A stretch of DNA of 33,270 nt from Jimgerdemannia flammicorona (lineage: Eukaryota), in contig RBNJ01000318.1 in NCBI GenBank assembly GCA_003990765.1, positions 1-33,270 on the forward strand. Direction: 5' to 3'. The stretch's first letter is position 1; each line of letters opens with the position of its first letter. The position numbers and the translations under genes were made by a program. The notes under the pieces were generated by a model, which ran no database searches, was not told where the DNA came from, and worked only from the letters and a program-made list of their open reading frames with translations. Shown one piece after another: positions 1 through 10,624 of this stretch.

Positions 1-2042
1 ATCTTTGGCCTCCTCAAGCATGATTTATATTTGCCAAGTGCTGATACTATTTGCAAAGATGTCCTAGAGGCTTATAGGAAGGAGCACGACAATCTCCACC
101 AGACACTTCAGGTAAAATAAGGGCAGCACTGTGACCTTTGTAAGCTAAATTATACAAAAGAGCTCACCAATTTAACCTCACATTCAATAAGCAGAATTCG
201 GCAGGCAAAATTTCATTTACGATCGACACATGGATATCCCCCAATGCAATTTCGTTTCTGGGTATTACTGGTCATTGAATTGACCTCGATTAACAGCTTA
301 AATCTCTCACCCTTGACTTCGTCAAACTTGCTGGCCCTCATTCTGGAGACAACATCCCAGATACTTTTATTAGTTGTATCCGGGAGCTTAGGATCACCAC
401 CAAGGTAAAAAAGGGGGGCTTACCATCAGGTCGGCATTTTGAGGGAGGTCCTAAACCAAACCAGATTTTATTGATTACTTATTTTCACATAAATTTGTCA
501 ACCAAATATTTCAAGTACAGATTTTGGCCATTATGACGGACAATGCCACAAACAACTCAATATTTTTCCAAGGTTTAGCGGCTAGCCTCAAACAGGAAAA
601 CATGGCCTTCAGTGCAGAAAGCTGCCGTGTGTGATGCCAGGCCCATGTACTGAACCTTGCTGTTCAGGACTATCTTACATACGTAGACAAAACATCCGAG
701 AGAGGAGGGGCCCTGAGTATAATTTTCAAGCTATGCAAACTGGTTGTATCAGTCCGATCATCCCCACAACGATGAGACAAATTCACTGCATAGTATAGAG
801 CAATCAGTTTAGCCCCGAAAGAGCTTATATTGGACATCTGTATGCATTGAAACTCAACATTTGCAATGATCCAGCGCATACTGGAGTTTGCTGTGGTATG
901 TATCCTTTTTTTCTTCAGTCGGCTGAAGCAACTGTTTCAGATGATGGAAGATTTATTTTAAAAAAAAAAAAAAAAGCCAATAGATTCAACGATGGCTGCC
1001 GACAAGGAAATATGGGCCGAGGCTCTAGGTGAAAGTGAGTGGGACATACTTAGGAATGTTATCAGAGTTTTGGAAGTAAGTGGTGGTTGCTCTGACTCCA
1101 CACTCATTTTGTCTGCCTCTGCACAGTGCAACACCTCACCACATATAACTACCAGTGTTTTGATGATTGTATGAAGGATATAGTCAAACAAATGACCCCG
1201 ACAATAAGCTCTGCGATACTGGTATACAACCTTCTGATTGACCAGCTAGAGGACAAGCTCGAGGATAGGCTGGAGGGTTGCAGTGATTTACGGTTAAGCT
1301 CGGATCAGAGAGATGCCATGGTGGTTGCTCTAAGCAAGCTTAGAAAATACTACACCCAAACAGATACTGCCATATACTCAATTAGTACAGGTATGTCGAT
1401 GTCGGCGTATGGCTATTGCCCCTTCCAAAACAGAGGAAACCCCGCAAAAACTCACTCTCCCTTTCTTCGAACAGTGCTGAACCCATGCTTAAAGCTACAA
1501 TACCATAAAGATCAGGGCTGGGAGCAGCACTTCATTAAGAGAACCAAGCAGGCCATAATTGAAGTATACCGGAAAAACTATGCACTGCCGCAAGGTTCTG
1601 GCCGAAGTCTGGACGAATATGCCAAGGGATCCCTCCTGTCCCACATTTACTTTGGCAGAAAGAGGAAGAGGGAGCCATCAGTGGAAGAGCTGCCGTCAAT
1701 AGATGAACTTATCATTTACCTCACTAGCGACCGCGTGGTCCTGCTAAAGGGCACAGAGGTGCTCAACTGGTGGAAGGTGGGTTATCAGACGAGCGTTGGG
1801 CCAATTTAACCCACCAATCTAACCACCGCTCTACCCACTGGGGCGTGCAGCTACGTCAAATGGACTTCCCCAGCCTGTGTGGTATGGCTCGGGACTACCT
1901 GGCGATTTCTGCCTCCAGCGCTCCTATTGAGCGGGTGTTCTCAGGTAGGGTGGACCTCGTTGCCCCAAAGAGGTGTACGCTGAATGCTGAGACAATCCGG
2001 GTGTGTATGTGTCTGAAGTCTTGGTGGGGCTCGGGCCGCTAA
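1..2042 (+). pseudogene. hAT-superfamily transposase, 5'-truncated by the window edge and inactivated by nonsense mutations; exons about 1-111, 195-404, 521-895, 977-1075, 1156-1390, 1475-1776, 1851-2042
   Basis: GT-AG splicing gives hAT motifs: KISFTIDTWISPN..FLGITGH*ID (first Asp), GPHSGDNI, IMTDNATNN (second Asp), C-x2-H-VLNL, LILDICMH*NST (decayed TRWNST), ESEWDIL, VLNPCLKL, and the C-terminal dimerisation region WWK..FPSLCGMARDYLAISASSAPIERVFS (catalytic Glu). In-frame stops at 276, 291, 632, 848 and others. Confidence 0.93.
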
Positions 2043-2189
2043 AATTCGGCAGATCCACGGATAGTTGGTTGGCCTTGTGGAATATTTAATACCTTTCAAA
2101 TTAATAAAAAGGAAAAAAAATCTGAGAACTTGGCCCAGAGTTTGCAGCCAAAGTGGGGTGGGGTTGGCAGCAGCGGCAGCAGAGAGGGC

Positions 2190-2515
2190 GTGCAAGGGGC
2201 AGCCCCAAGCTGCCAGTGCCTGGGTCAGTGGGCAGGTCGGTGGGCGGATCGGTGGGCAGGTCGGCAGAGGGAGTGCACAAAATTTGTGGCCCTCCGCCGG
2301 CAGTAAGGAGCAGCCCCAAGCCGCAAGTGTCCAGGTTGGGGGGGGAGGCGGAGGGAGCGTGCAAAATTTGCAGCCCTCCACCAGCAGCGAGGGGCAGCTC
2401 CAAGCTGTCAGTACCCGGGTCAGTGAGCAGGGTTGGTTGGCGGGTGGGGCAGGTGGAGGGAGCATGCAAAATTTGCAGCCCTCCACTAGCAGCATAGGGG
2501 CAGCCCCGAGCCACC
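2190..2515. repeat. GC-rich degenerate tandem repeat, about 3.5 units of 84-111 bp
   Basis: CAAAATTTG(C/T)RGCCCTCC at 2278, 2362 and 2467; GCAGC(C/T)CC(A/G)AGC at 2199, 2310, 2394 and 2500. Confidence 0.85.
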
Positions 2516-3255
2516 AAGGAGTCTGGGGTGGAGGGTGCTTCTGGCAGTCGGAGGGTGCTTCTGGCGGTTGGAGGGCATTTCTGGCAGTCGAAGTTGCCAG
2601 TTTGGATCCCACGGGTACCCTGGCCCTGCGCCACAGTGCTGCACTAGCGGCACTACAGAGCAGGGCCGAGGGGCCAGTAGGGCCCTGCATAACAGCTAAG
2701 CTAGTGCTACATAAGAGGTGCTCGGCCCAACTCCCCTACATAAGACTGCCCAACCCGCACAAAATGGCAGCCTAACCCTTACAAAAGATTGCCTAACTCT
2801 CACAAAAACTGCTCCACCCACTGGTCCCAGGCCTTGATGAGTCTGTCATCTGTTGTGAGTGCGACAACTGTTGTGTCTGAGCTCTCCTCAAAGGCGACGG
2901 TGCCGTGGTGGTCATGTGGTTAGAACAGGATGGCCATGTTGACCACAAATGGGACCCCGAAACCATAGGTGAGGTCATACCAGACTCTGCCGCTATTCTC
3001 CCAGGTTGGGTCCTTCTTTTCCGGGACGTAAAACATTACCGGGGTGATGTTGTTGTCTGTGTATGTGGGTAGAGAGAGGTTGCGCCTGACATATCCTAAT
3101 GTAACATGAGTGTACGGTTGGGTGAACCCTTGGTCCAGGACCTCATACTGCCAAGCTGTGCTAGTAGATGCCTGCCCTTGGTCCAGCCCTGGGAGCCCCA
3201 GCTTGGAAACCTGCCAAAACAGACAGCAACTGGTCAGTCCTTTTTGCATTTGGGG

Positions 3256-3302
3256 GCAGAAACCCCCCGGGCTGCAGAAACCCCCCGGGCTGCAGCACCC
3301 CC
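3256..3302. repeat. 18-bp tandem repeat (GCAGAAACCCCCCGGGCT x2.5) in intron 4 of the cargo gene
   Basis: Direct inspection: copies at 3256, 3274 and a partial copy at 3292. Confidence 0.9.
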
Positions 3303-4059
3303 AAAAAAGCGGAACTCCTCACCTCATACGGTATGCTAAATTGCACCAAGAATGTACATACAGCTGTGCCGAGATCACCACCAAGCTGGCCTACCATATG
3401 CTTTACCAATCTGCTCAAAGAACCCCAGATCATAGCCATCATCGCTGCACAGGCCGTGTCATGCTCACGTGCAGTTTGCTCTTCGACGGTACTTCTAAAG
3501 TTCCGGTAGGGATACAGAATCTTGTGCATCCCTGGAATTGTGTCAAAAAGAGTATATCGGCGAAGAGTGTGATTTATCTGGGGAGGGGTTAAAAAAAAAG
3601 GGAGACGAGTGCAGGGGATTTCGGAACCCACCCTTCACCAGTGTTGCAGTATACCCAATTCCCATCCAAACCCCCCCTCCTTACTTTTTTCGCCCCCTCT
3701 TCCCTGCCATCCGGTATTTGATGCAATCCTCGCAAATCTCGTTGATATGGTGGCGAAGCTCGTCACCATAGAGATTCCTTACCACCATCGCAACCACCTC
3801 TCTATGTTTGTTAATAAAGATATGGTTCTCTTCGTCGTTGGTTACTCCTGCTGGCCAATGGACCCCTTGGTCAAGTACGATTGGCTCTGATTCGAATGTA
3901 GACCCCCAAGCCTTGATGATGATGCTAGTACTGCTCATGCTGAACATCTTGTCCTTAAATTTCTCTATTTGATCAGATGCCAGACGTGGTTGAACTCGGG
4001 TAACTTTGAACTCTCCTTTCCAATGGAACTGAGCCCTGATCTGAGGGACTGAGATAAGT

Positions 4060-4310
4060 ATGCGGACGGGTTGCATGCAGGCGGGTTACATGCGGGCGGG
4101 TTACATGTGGGTGGGCGGGTTGCATACGGACAGGTTGCGTGCAGGTTGTGTGCGGGTGTGGGTGTTTTTTAGGGGAGACCATATAAAAATGAAATTAAAT
4201 AAAACACGGAGATGGGTATTTCAGAAAAAGAGCGTGAGTGAGTGAGCTGCATACCAACGAGTTGCATGTCGACGAGTTGCATGCTGACAAGTTGCACAAG
4301 TTGCACAAGA
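4060..4310. repeat. Two ~15-bp minisatellites (GGTTRCATGCGGGCG-like at 4069-4150; GAGTTGCATGYYGAC-like at 4244-4310) in intron 2 of the cargo gene
   Basis: Direct inspection; both share a GTTGCAT core. Confidence 0.85.
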
Positions 4311-5038
4311 ATTGCTCACGAAGGCTTGCTTCTGTTCCTTTTGAGACCTCTGCCATATGATGCATTGACTCAACAGCTCAGCCACCAAAGGCATGCCCTG
4401 CAACGTCTGCCAGCCTTTCTTCATCTTGACCAGATGTTGCAAATAAAGTCGGCAGATCTCGCCGTAAAGCTGTGGACCCTAAGAAAAGTATGAGATAAAT
4501 TGGGTCATGCTGGGGAAGTTTAAATAAATAAACACAAGTAAACAAGTAGTGGCCGAGTGAGCAACCTACATCTACTATCGGCTGCTCCAAAAAGGCTGCC
4601 GTATACATAGCTGTGAGGTCTGTGAATTCCGAGGTCCGAAGGGCCGCCATGAGTTGTTGCCAGAATTCTCCCTCATCTCTGCCATCACCATCGCTATTGC
4701 CACTGCCACCACCATCACCCCTTTGGCTCTTAATGAGCAGCTTGTGTACTGTCCATATGAGAAAGAATCTAACATTGTCAGCAGAGAGTGCGTTTCCACC
4801 TCGAATACTCCCTCTTTTGATGATCATTGCAGGGTGAAAAATGAGTAGACTGGACCAACGTATGAATTAAGGACTGCTGTTTTGTTTGCTCATGATGCGG
4901 CAGGAAAAAACAAAGAAAAAGAACAAAGAAAAGAGAGGGAACAAAGGAAAGGGTGATGTCACCAAAGTGCAGCAGAAAAAAAAAACAAGAGTGAAATAAA
5001 CAAAAGAAAGAGTGACATCACCAAAGATTTCAATCTGA

Positions 5039-5200
5039 ATGGATCAATCCAGATGGGTCAATCCGGATGGATCATCCAGATGGATTATCCAGATGGATCA
5101 ATCTGGATGGATCAATCCGGATCAGATCACAAGACCAATCCGAGTTGATTCGAATCCATCACATAATGAATCTGAATCGAATCTCATCCAGATCAACTCC
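5039..5200. repeat. Subterminal repeat array: six 13-14 bp copies of ATGGATCAATCC(A/G)G (5039-5120), then GATTCGAATC / AATCGAATC motifs
   Basis: Direct inspection. Short reiterated motifs near an end are typical transposase-binding sites of hAT elements. Confidence 0.85.
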
Positions 5201-5217
5201 ATTCATTCGGAGTACTA

Positions 5218-6420
5218 CATGCTACTAAAGGAGAAGTACCTCCATTAGGACAGAATATACCTACACAGCAACAAACAGTTATCTATTAAGCCCTCACTCC
5301 AGATCCACAACTACTACTCCAGCAACTTACACAGACCCAAAGAACCCCATCATACTCTGCACCAGTACCTCAAGTAGTATCAGTAACACCACTACCAGCA
5401 GTCCAACTATCTCCAGTAAACAACATGATGAACCAACAGATTCTAGACCTCACAGCCCAAGTAGCTATAATGGCAGCAACCATTACTGCCTTAGCTGAAC
5501 AGACTCGACCTACCAAAAATCTGAGCCTACCTACCTTCAATGGTACTGCACAAGAAGTCCAAAGCTTCATTAGTGTAGTTAACACCAACTTTGAAGCCAA
5601 TCAATGGACTAATGAGCGAGTCGCTGACCATGTTCTGACAAACAATCAAGACCACACTCTGGAACAACTCTTTGCTACTACTACAGCCTATATCCGCCAA
5701 GTTGTTACATTCTTCCGAGGACCTGCTGAAGAATGGTGGCAAACCCTTCTTGAAAAACCCCTCATATGGGATACCTGACCTACAGTAGTTCCCAGAATGC
5801 TGCAAACAATACCCCAGGATATGGAGCCTATCCTGCAGCCCCTGGACTCAAACAACTCATGATTGCTCAATACTGCAGTGAAACCATGATTGCTAAATCT
5901 CGAGTAAAACTCCACAACCTCAAATTTGATATATATGGCAAAGAAGAATTCGAAACCTTCTGTACAAAACTCGAGTCACTCCTGAACACTGTTGGCCTAG
6001 GATACATCACCAATGATGAAGCATGAAATGGTACAAGAGCAGACCATTTATTTGATGCCCTGCCTGAATGGCTTACTAGAAAAATCCGAGAACAAGGCCG
6101 CCCAGTTGGTTGTGATCACCAACAATGGTGCCTGGCAAGAATCAAGACCATGGTCAAGCGAATCCTAACAGCTGGACCAATTCTGCCCTGAAGGCAATTC
6201 AACAACAAGGAAAAGACTTGGACCAAGAAAGAAGAACACAAGCATGAAGCATCCCGAGCTCCCTCCACATCCACCTCTTGGACACCCAGAAATCCTGAAC
6301 CCACCCAGCCCAGTACCTTCAAGAAACTTACTGAAGGTGAAAGGAATGAACTTCGAAGAAGTGGAGCATGCTTCTATTGCTGAAAGATAGGATACATGGC
6401 CAGTGCCTACCCCAACTGAA
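5218..6420 (+). pseudogene. gag with zinc knuckle
   Basis: LPTFNGT..VQSFI, FFRGPAEEWW, KLTEGERNELRRSGACFYC*KIGYMASAYP (decayed C-x2-C-x4-H-x4-C at 6369-6410); one frameshift near 5775 and several stops. Confidence 0.85.
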
Positions 6421-6479
6421 AACCCCGAACAGCAATACAAGCAACTGTTACCACTCTTTACCACCTCAACAACCTGACT

Positions 6480-6900
6480 ATGAGAATACTAGACTTTGTC
6501 AAGTTAAGACAAACTGCTAAGGCCCCAACCAAAGGAAGTCAAAAAGCAGCTGGATATGACCTGTATGCAGCCGAAGAAGCTATAGTTTCTAACTGAGAAG
6601 TCAAACAAGTGTATACAGGAATTAGTATCCAAATCCCTGAAGGACATGTTGGAAGAATATGCTGTCGCAGCAGCCTAGCGTTGAAAGGACTCTCAGTAGA
6701 AGGAGGAGTCATTGATGAGGATTACACAGGCGAAATTATTGTCCTCATCCGAAACCACAGTTGGACACCCTTCAAGATCCCTATTGGTTTCTACATTGCC
6801 CAGATCCTATTCGAAAAAATTGAGTCAACTCTGATAGTCAAGGAAGTCCCTGAACTACTGCCCACCATCTGAGGATCCAAAGGATTTGGCTCATCAAACA
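6480..6900 (+). pseudogene. dut: Trimeric dUTPase domain of the retroelement polyprotein
   Basis: All five motifs are in one frame: AAGYDLYA, GRICCRSSLA, GGVIDEDYTGEI, IAQI and (R->stop)GSKGFGSS. It shares its frame with the upstream CCHC knuckle and the downstream protease. Confidence 0.95.
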
Positions 6901-7109
6901 AGGCCCCAGTCCAACCTACCATGAGTAAAGAAGAATAATTCTACAAGAAGATCGAAGATGGATATGTACCAAGTGGCCAATGCCCTCATGGTATTGGAAT
7001 ATACTCTTCCCGAATGATTGACAATTGCTTCTCTTGTATCAATGAACTGGCTCAAAGAAGAACCAACAGAAGAAAGGCTCCTATAACTGAAATCACCACC
7101 ATTGGATCA

Positions 7110-7450
7110 GACAAACTGCTCACCCTTAAGGCTTTTGTCAATGGAGCACCTATCAAGATTATGATAGACAGTGGTGCCTCAGACAACTTCATCAATGAAG
7201 AGACAGCCAACAGACTCAAGGTCTTCACCTCTCCAGTACAGTAAACTCAAGCAGTTGCTACAGCTGATGGAACCTCACATGTTATTAGCAAAGAAGTCTG
7301 CAATCTACCCTTCCGAATTGGTGACTACTGAGTATATGTTATCCTCCAAATCATACTACTTTCTGACAATGAAATCATCCTTGGGACTCCATGATTAAAA
7401 CAAGAAAACCCCATGATTGATTGGATAAATCATTCTCTGACCATCAAAAA
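7110..7450 (+). pseudogene. Retropepsin (aspartic protease) domain
   Basis: IMIDSGASDNFI, VATADG and IILGTP*LKQENPMIDW (typical gypsy ILGxPWLxxxNPxIDW). Confidence 0.92.
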
Positions 7451-7679
7451 AGGATACCACAACTTCAAACTACAAGGTGAAAAGGACCCACTCAACTCTA
7501 GTGACCCTGGACCAAAGATCACCCACATCAACAAGCTACAACTCAAGAAATTAGCCAAGAAATGTCCTCTCTTCACCATCTCCATCCACCCATCCAAAGG
7601 AGAACCCCAGAACTCTGAAGAAGACTTTTCCAAAGTTGACAGCCATGTCAGATCATTACTCCAGAAAGTTTGAGACACA

Positions 7680-7770
7680 TTTCTGAACTGAACCACAGAA
7701 CCACCTGCACCTGTCATTATTGATGACCAAGAAAAGTATGAAGTTGAACAAATCCTCAACAAATACAGCC
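7680..7770 (+). pseudogene. Chromodomain N-terminal remnant
   Basis: FLN*TTEPPAPVIIDDQEKYEVEQILNK matches the PPPV..EYEVExIL start of chromovirus chromodomains; the YLVKW..TWEP core is not visible. Confidence 0.75.
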
Positions 7771-7854
7771 ACAAGAACCATCCAAATGGTACAACAACAC
7801 CAGAACAAATTAGAAGGCCCCGACAAGGATGTCGAAAGCTAAGAAGGGGAGAGT

Positions 7855-8924
7855 TGTAAGCGCACAACCTCCAAGCTACCAAAATCGCATGGTATTCTCA
7901 GAACTAATTTGGAAACCACATGCGAGACTACAAAACAAGAGATCACCTGGCTATATGAAATATACCAGCAAGTATGAGAACCCACTGCCAAGATATAAGA
8001 ATACTAGAAGAAATACTATAACTATAAGACTGACTCTGAACTGCTATAACTAGTTTGGTGTACTGTACTATTACAAAAGGAAATCAAAAGTACCAAACTC
8101 AAATCGAGACAAGAAGAACCCTATCTCATCTACCAAAAGGTTCATGAACTGTACTTATCAACTCAAGACCAAGGTACACTATGACTATATAAGACCTCAT
8201 TACTTAGCAGAAGCAAAACACATTTGAATAACTCCATTCACTCTATCTGTGTCACCTCCGTTGGAGAGTGATAGATACTTTATCTGAACTCAAGAAAGCT
8301 GACAATGTCGAAACCAATCTCAAGCCATCCATGTGACAGATATTACTACTAGAAATTGCTTCGGATTACAGAAAATATCATTTCTGAGAGGTTCGAACCC
8401 CCAGCCGCGACATTGGGAGCCCTTGCCCTAGACAAGAATGGCCAGTCCTCACAAATACACCAGCAGACCAAAAAAAAAGAGAACCAAGACCTGTTATCCT
8501 TGTACAACTACTGCCACCAAAGATAGTCTTAATCTTGCAAGAGATAGAAGTGATGACATCTTGAAACTGATGATGTCAGAAGTCAGAAAACTGTTCAGAC
8601 TTTGCCAGTGATGATGTCATCAATAGTGATGTCATCAAAGACTACCCAGACAGTGCCTAAACCCATAAATAGCTTAGCAGTCATAGTATAGATAGATTAG
8701 TCTTGTATGACATAACTGTGAACTGACTCAGCAGTCAGACGATCTCTTGACATGTCAGATCACACTTGTACTACATGACTACATTCCAACTCAGCAAGGC
8801 ACTAAGTACTACATCCATATCTAGCATAGTCCAGATAGCCCCTCACTAGTATAAATACCCCCTCCCCCAGACCTCAGAATCTCAGATTTGAACATACAAG
8901 AACATTTCTGAATACTTCCTCACA
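7855..8924 (+). repeat. Putative 3' LTR of element 1 (~1.07 kb)
   Basis: Starts TGTAAG directly after the PPT; TATAAATA at 8850; CRE-like motifs at 8571-8634; candidate end CTCACA at 8924. No second copy in the window, so the right end is uncertain. Confidence 0.6.
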
Positions 8925-9376
8925 ATATCCCTTCACATAACTACTCCTAGTATAGCAATATCATGAATAGCAATTAAACCTATTTAATAACCCTCAAACT
9001 ACTCTTAAGTAAATCCACTTCCCATTAGGTCCTACTCCTAACCCCATCATGAAATTTCCTAATTGGGTATTGTCTACAGCAATATGCCAATTCAACTAAG
9101 CTAGTCTTAGTTTCTTGAACTTCCTGAAATACAGAAAATCCTAAACATCCAGAACTAGTCCGAAAAGGGACTTTGGTTGAGACTCAACCCAAACTTGAAA
9201 TCAATAAGCATAGAGGACATACTCCATATAAAATTGATCTTGACCATAAGAAAATGGTCTTCCAGAATATCCAGAACTTCTAGAAAACCCCTCCAGAACT
9301 ACGTAACAGTTACCATAAAAAATAACCCTCTTACACTCAAGGATACCCCAAAATACCTCTATCAAGACTACTTAAC

Positions 9377-10624
9377 ATGAATAAGGAGCTATACTATGGA
9401 TTAATCAGCTACTTTGGGCAGCGGAAGATGCCCAACCACCTTGAACCCTGGACAATCACCATCATCAACCAGACTTGGAAACAGTTTAAATTAGACAATA
9501 CTATACTCAGAAAAGGAGGAAAGCTAGTAATACCTGAATATAAGAAGTATCAAGTAATGAAGGAAGTACATGAGCAAGGATATTTAGGAGGAACCAATAC
9601 ATATAATAAGGCAAGAAGAACCATGTGGTAACCCAAGATGGAAGAAGACCTGTGCCAATTTGTCAAAGGGTGTGATAAGTGCCAAAAACAGAAACAAGAT
9701 CAGCAAGACCAGGCACCCGGATCATCAAGAATTGAGCTTATCTCCTTCTACCACATTACAATGGATATCATTGGACCACTACTAGTAATACTATCAGGAA
9801 ACCGCTATATTATAGTTATTGTAGACCTCTTCACCAAATAAATAGAGGCAGGAGTATTACAAGAAGCCAATGCCCTCTCTATAGCTGATTTCCTATACTG
9901 AGAAATCATCTACTACTACAAGACACCAAAGCAAATCACAACAGACTACAGCATAGAATTTGCCAATGGATTCCATGAGATAATGTACCAGAAATACAAG
10001 ATCCAGCACATCAAGACCACTGCATACCACTCTCAAGGAAATGGACAGACAGAGAGAACCAACAAGACTCTCAAGAACATCCTAGCAAAGATCTCAGAGA
10101 CATATGAGAATTGAGATAACTATCTCCCAACTGCCCTCTCTGTTCTATGAGACATACAGTCACAGAGCACACATTTTACCCCAAGAGAGCTGCTTTTTAG
10201 AGAAGAAGATTCTAATAGAACCTCAGCCATAAATCTAGACCTAACTTGGAGATGGGTTGATGCAAAAATCTGGAGACTATACCAAATCAGAAAGAAGGCT
10301 GAAAATTACATCACTAAGTTACAAGCACTGATAAAGAAGAATGTGGAAAAGAATCACAAGGCCCTAGAATCCATCTGAATTGGAGAAAAGGTTCTACTAT
10401 ATTGAAATATGGTAGAAGCCTCATGATCACAAAAACTGGAGCCCAAATGGGAAGGACTCTTCTATATGCAAGATATCAAGGGAACTACCTTCTGGCTTAG
10501 AAAAATCTCAAGGACTATACTGCCTACCATAGTACATAGGAACAGACTCAAGAAGTACTATGAACCTATACAAGAGAAGCAAAATGTGATGACTGCCCAT
10601 GAGGTTCTAGTCCGCGAATCATAA
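9377..10624 (+). pseudogene. Gypsy-type integrase as a free-standing ORF (element 2) with multiple nonsense mutations and no frameshift
   Basis: HHCC remnant (HEQGY..W*PKM..CDKC), MDIIGP..GNRYIIVIVDLFTK*, ITTD, TTAYHSQGNGQTERTN (DDE), and KLEPKWEGLF..VHRNRLKKY (GPY/F module); begins with its own ATG. Confidence 0.93.

Larger units (their letters stand above)
2779..4827 (-). pseudogene. Five-exon gene of about 480 codons; C-terminal region resembles a TET/JBP-like 2OG-Fe(II) dioxygenase. Exons 4827-4570, 4478-4320, 4040-3685, 3577-3323, 3210-about 2779
   Basis: Five ORF-track fragments join at canonical splice sites (GTAGGT/TTAG, GTGAGC/TCAG, GTAAGG/CCAG, GTGAGG/GCAG). Three junctions are in frame; exon 3/4 needs a 1-nt fix in an A6 run. 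The last exon reads ..LGYVRRNLSLPT(Y)TDNNITPVMFYVP..GRVWYDLTYGFGVPFVVNMAILF*PHDHHGTVAF..TTVVALTTDDRL. Confidence is about 0.8 for a gene and about 0.5 for the dioxygenase call. Confidence 0.65.
1..5217 (+). mobile_element. Right-hand part of a large hAT DNA transposon (transposase, convergent cargo gene, subterminal repeats, putative terminus ...CGGAGTACTA at 5217)
   Basis: Transposase at 1-2042; array of ATGGATCAATCCRG repeats and GATTCGAATC palindromes at 5039-5200. The sequence switches into the gypsy gag reading frame at 5218. The reverse complement of the end begins TAG, as in many hAT TIRs. The left TIR is outside the window, so the boundary is inferred. Confidence 0.6.
5218..8924 (+). 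mobile_element. Degenerate, internally deleted chromovirus-like Ty3/gypsy LTR retrotransposon (element 1), 5' part missing from the window
   Basis: gag, CCHC knuckle, dUTPase, aspartic protease and chromodomain remnant, then a polypurine tract (AAGAAGGGGAGAG, 7841-7853) and TGTAAG at 7855. Confidence 0.88.

Noticed and set aside
1941..2775. Several long overlapping ORFs on both strands as independent genes
   Set aside because: Multiple frames are open because the DNA is GC-rich and repetitive; no domain is recognisable.
5039..5120. Short regular repeats resembling a CRISPR array
   Set aside because: The repeats are contiguous with no unique spacers, there are no cas genes, and the context is eukaryotic; transposon subterminal repeats fit better.
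7870..8565. Possible decayed ORF inside LTR1 (..QDIRILEEIL*L*D*L*TAITSLV..LRWRVIDTLSELKK..)
   Set aside because: It reads protein-like, but about a dozen stops in ~220 codons is near random expectation; it cannot be supported without a family consensus.
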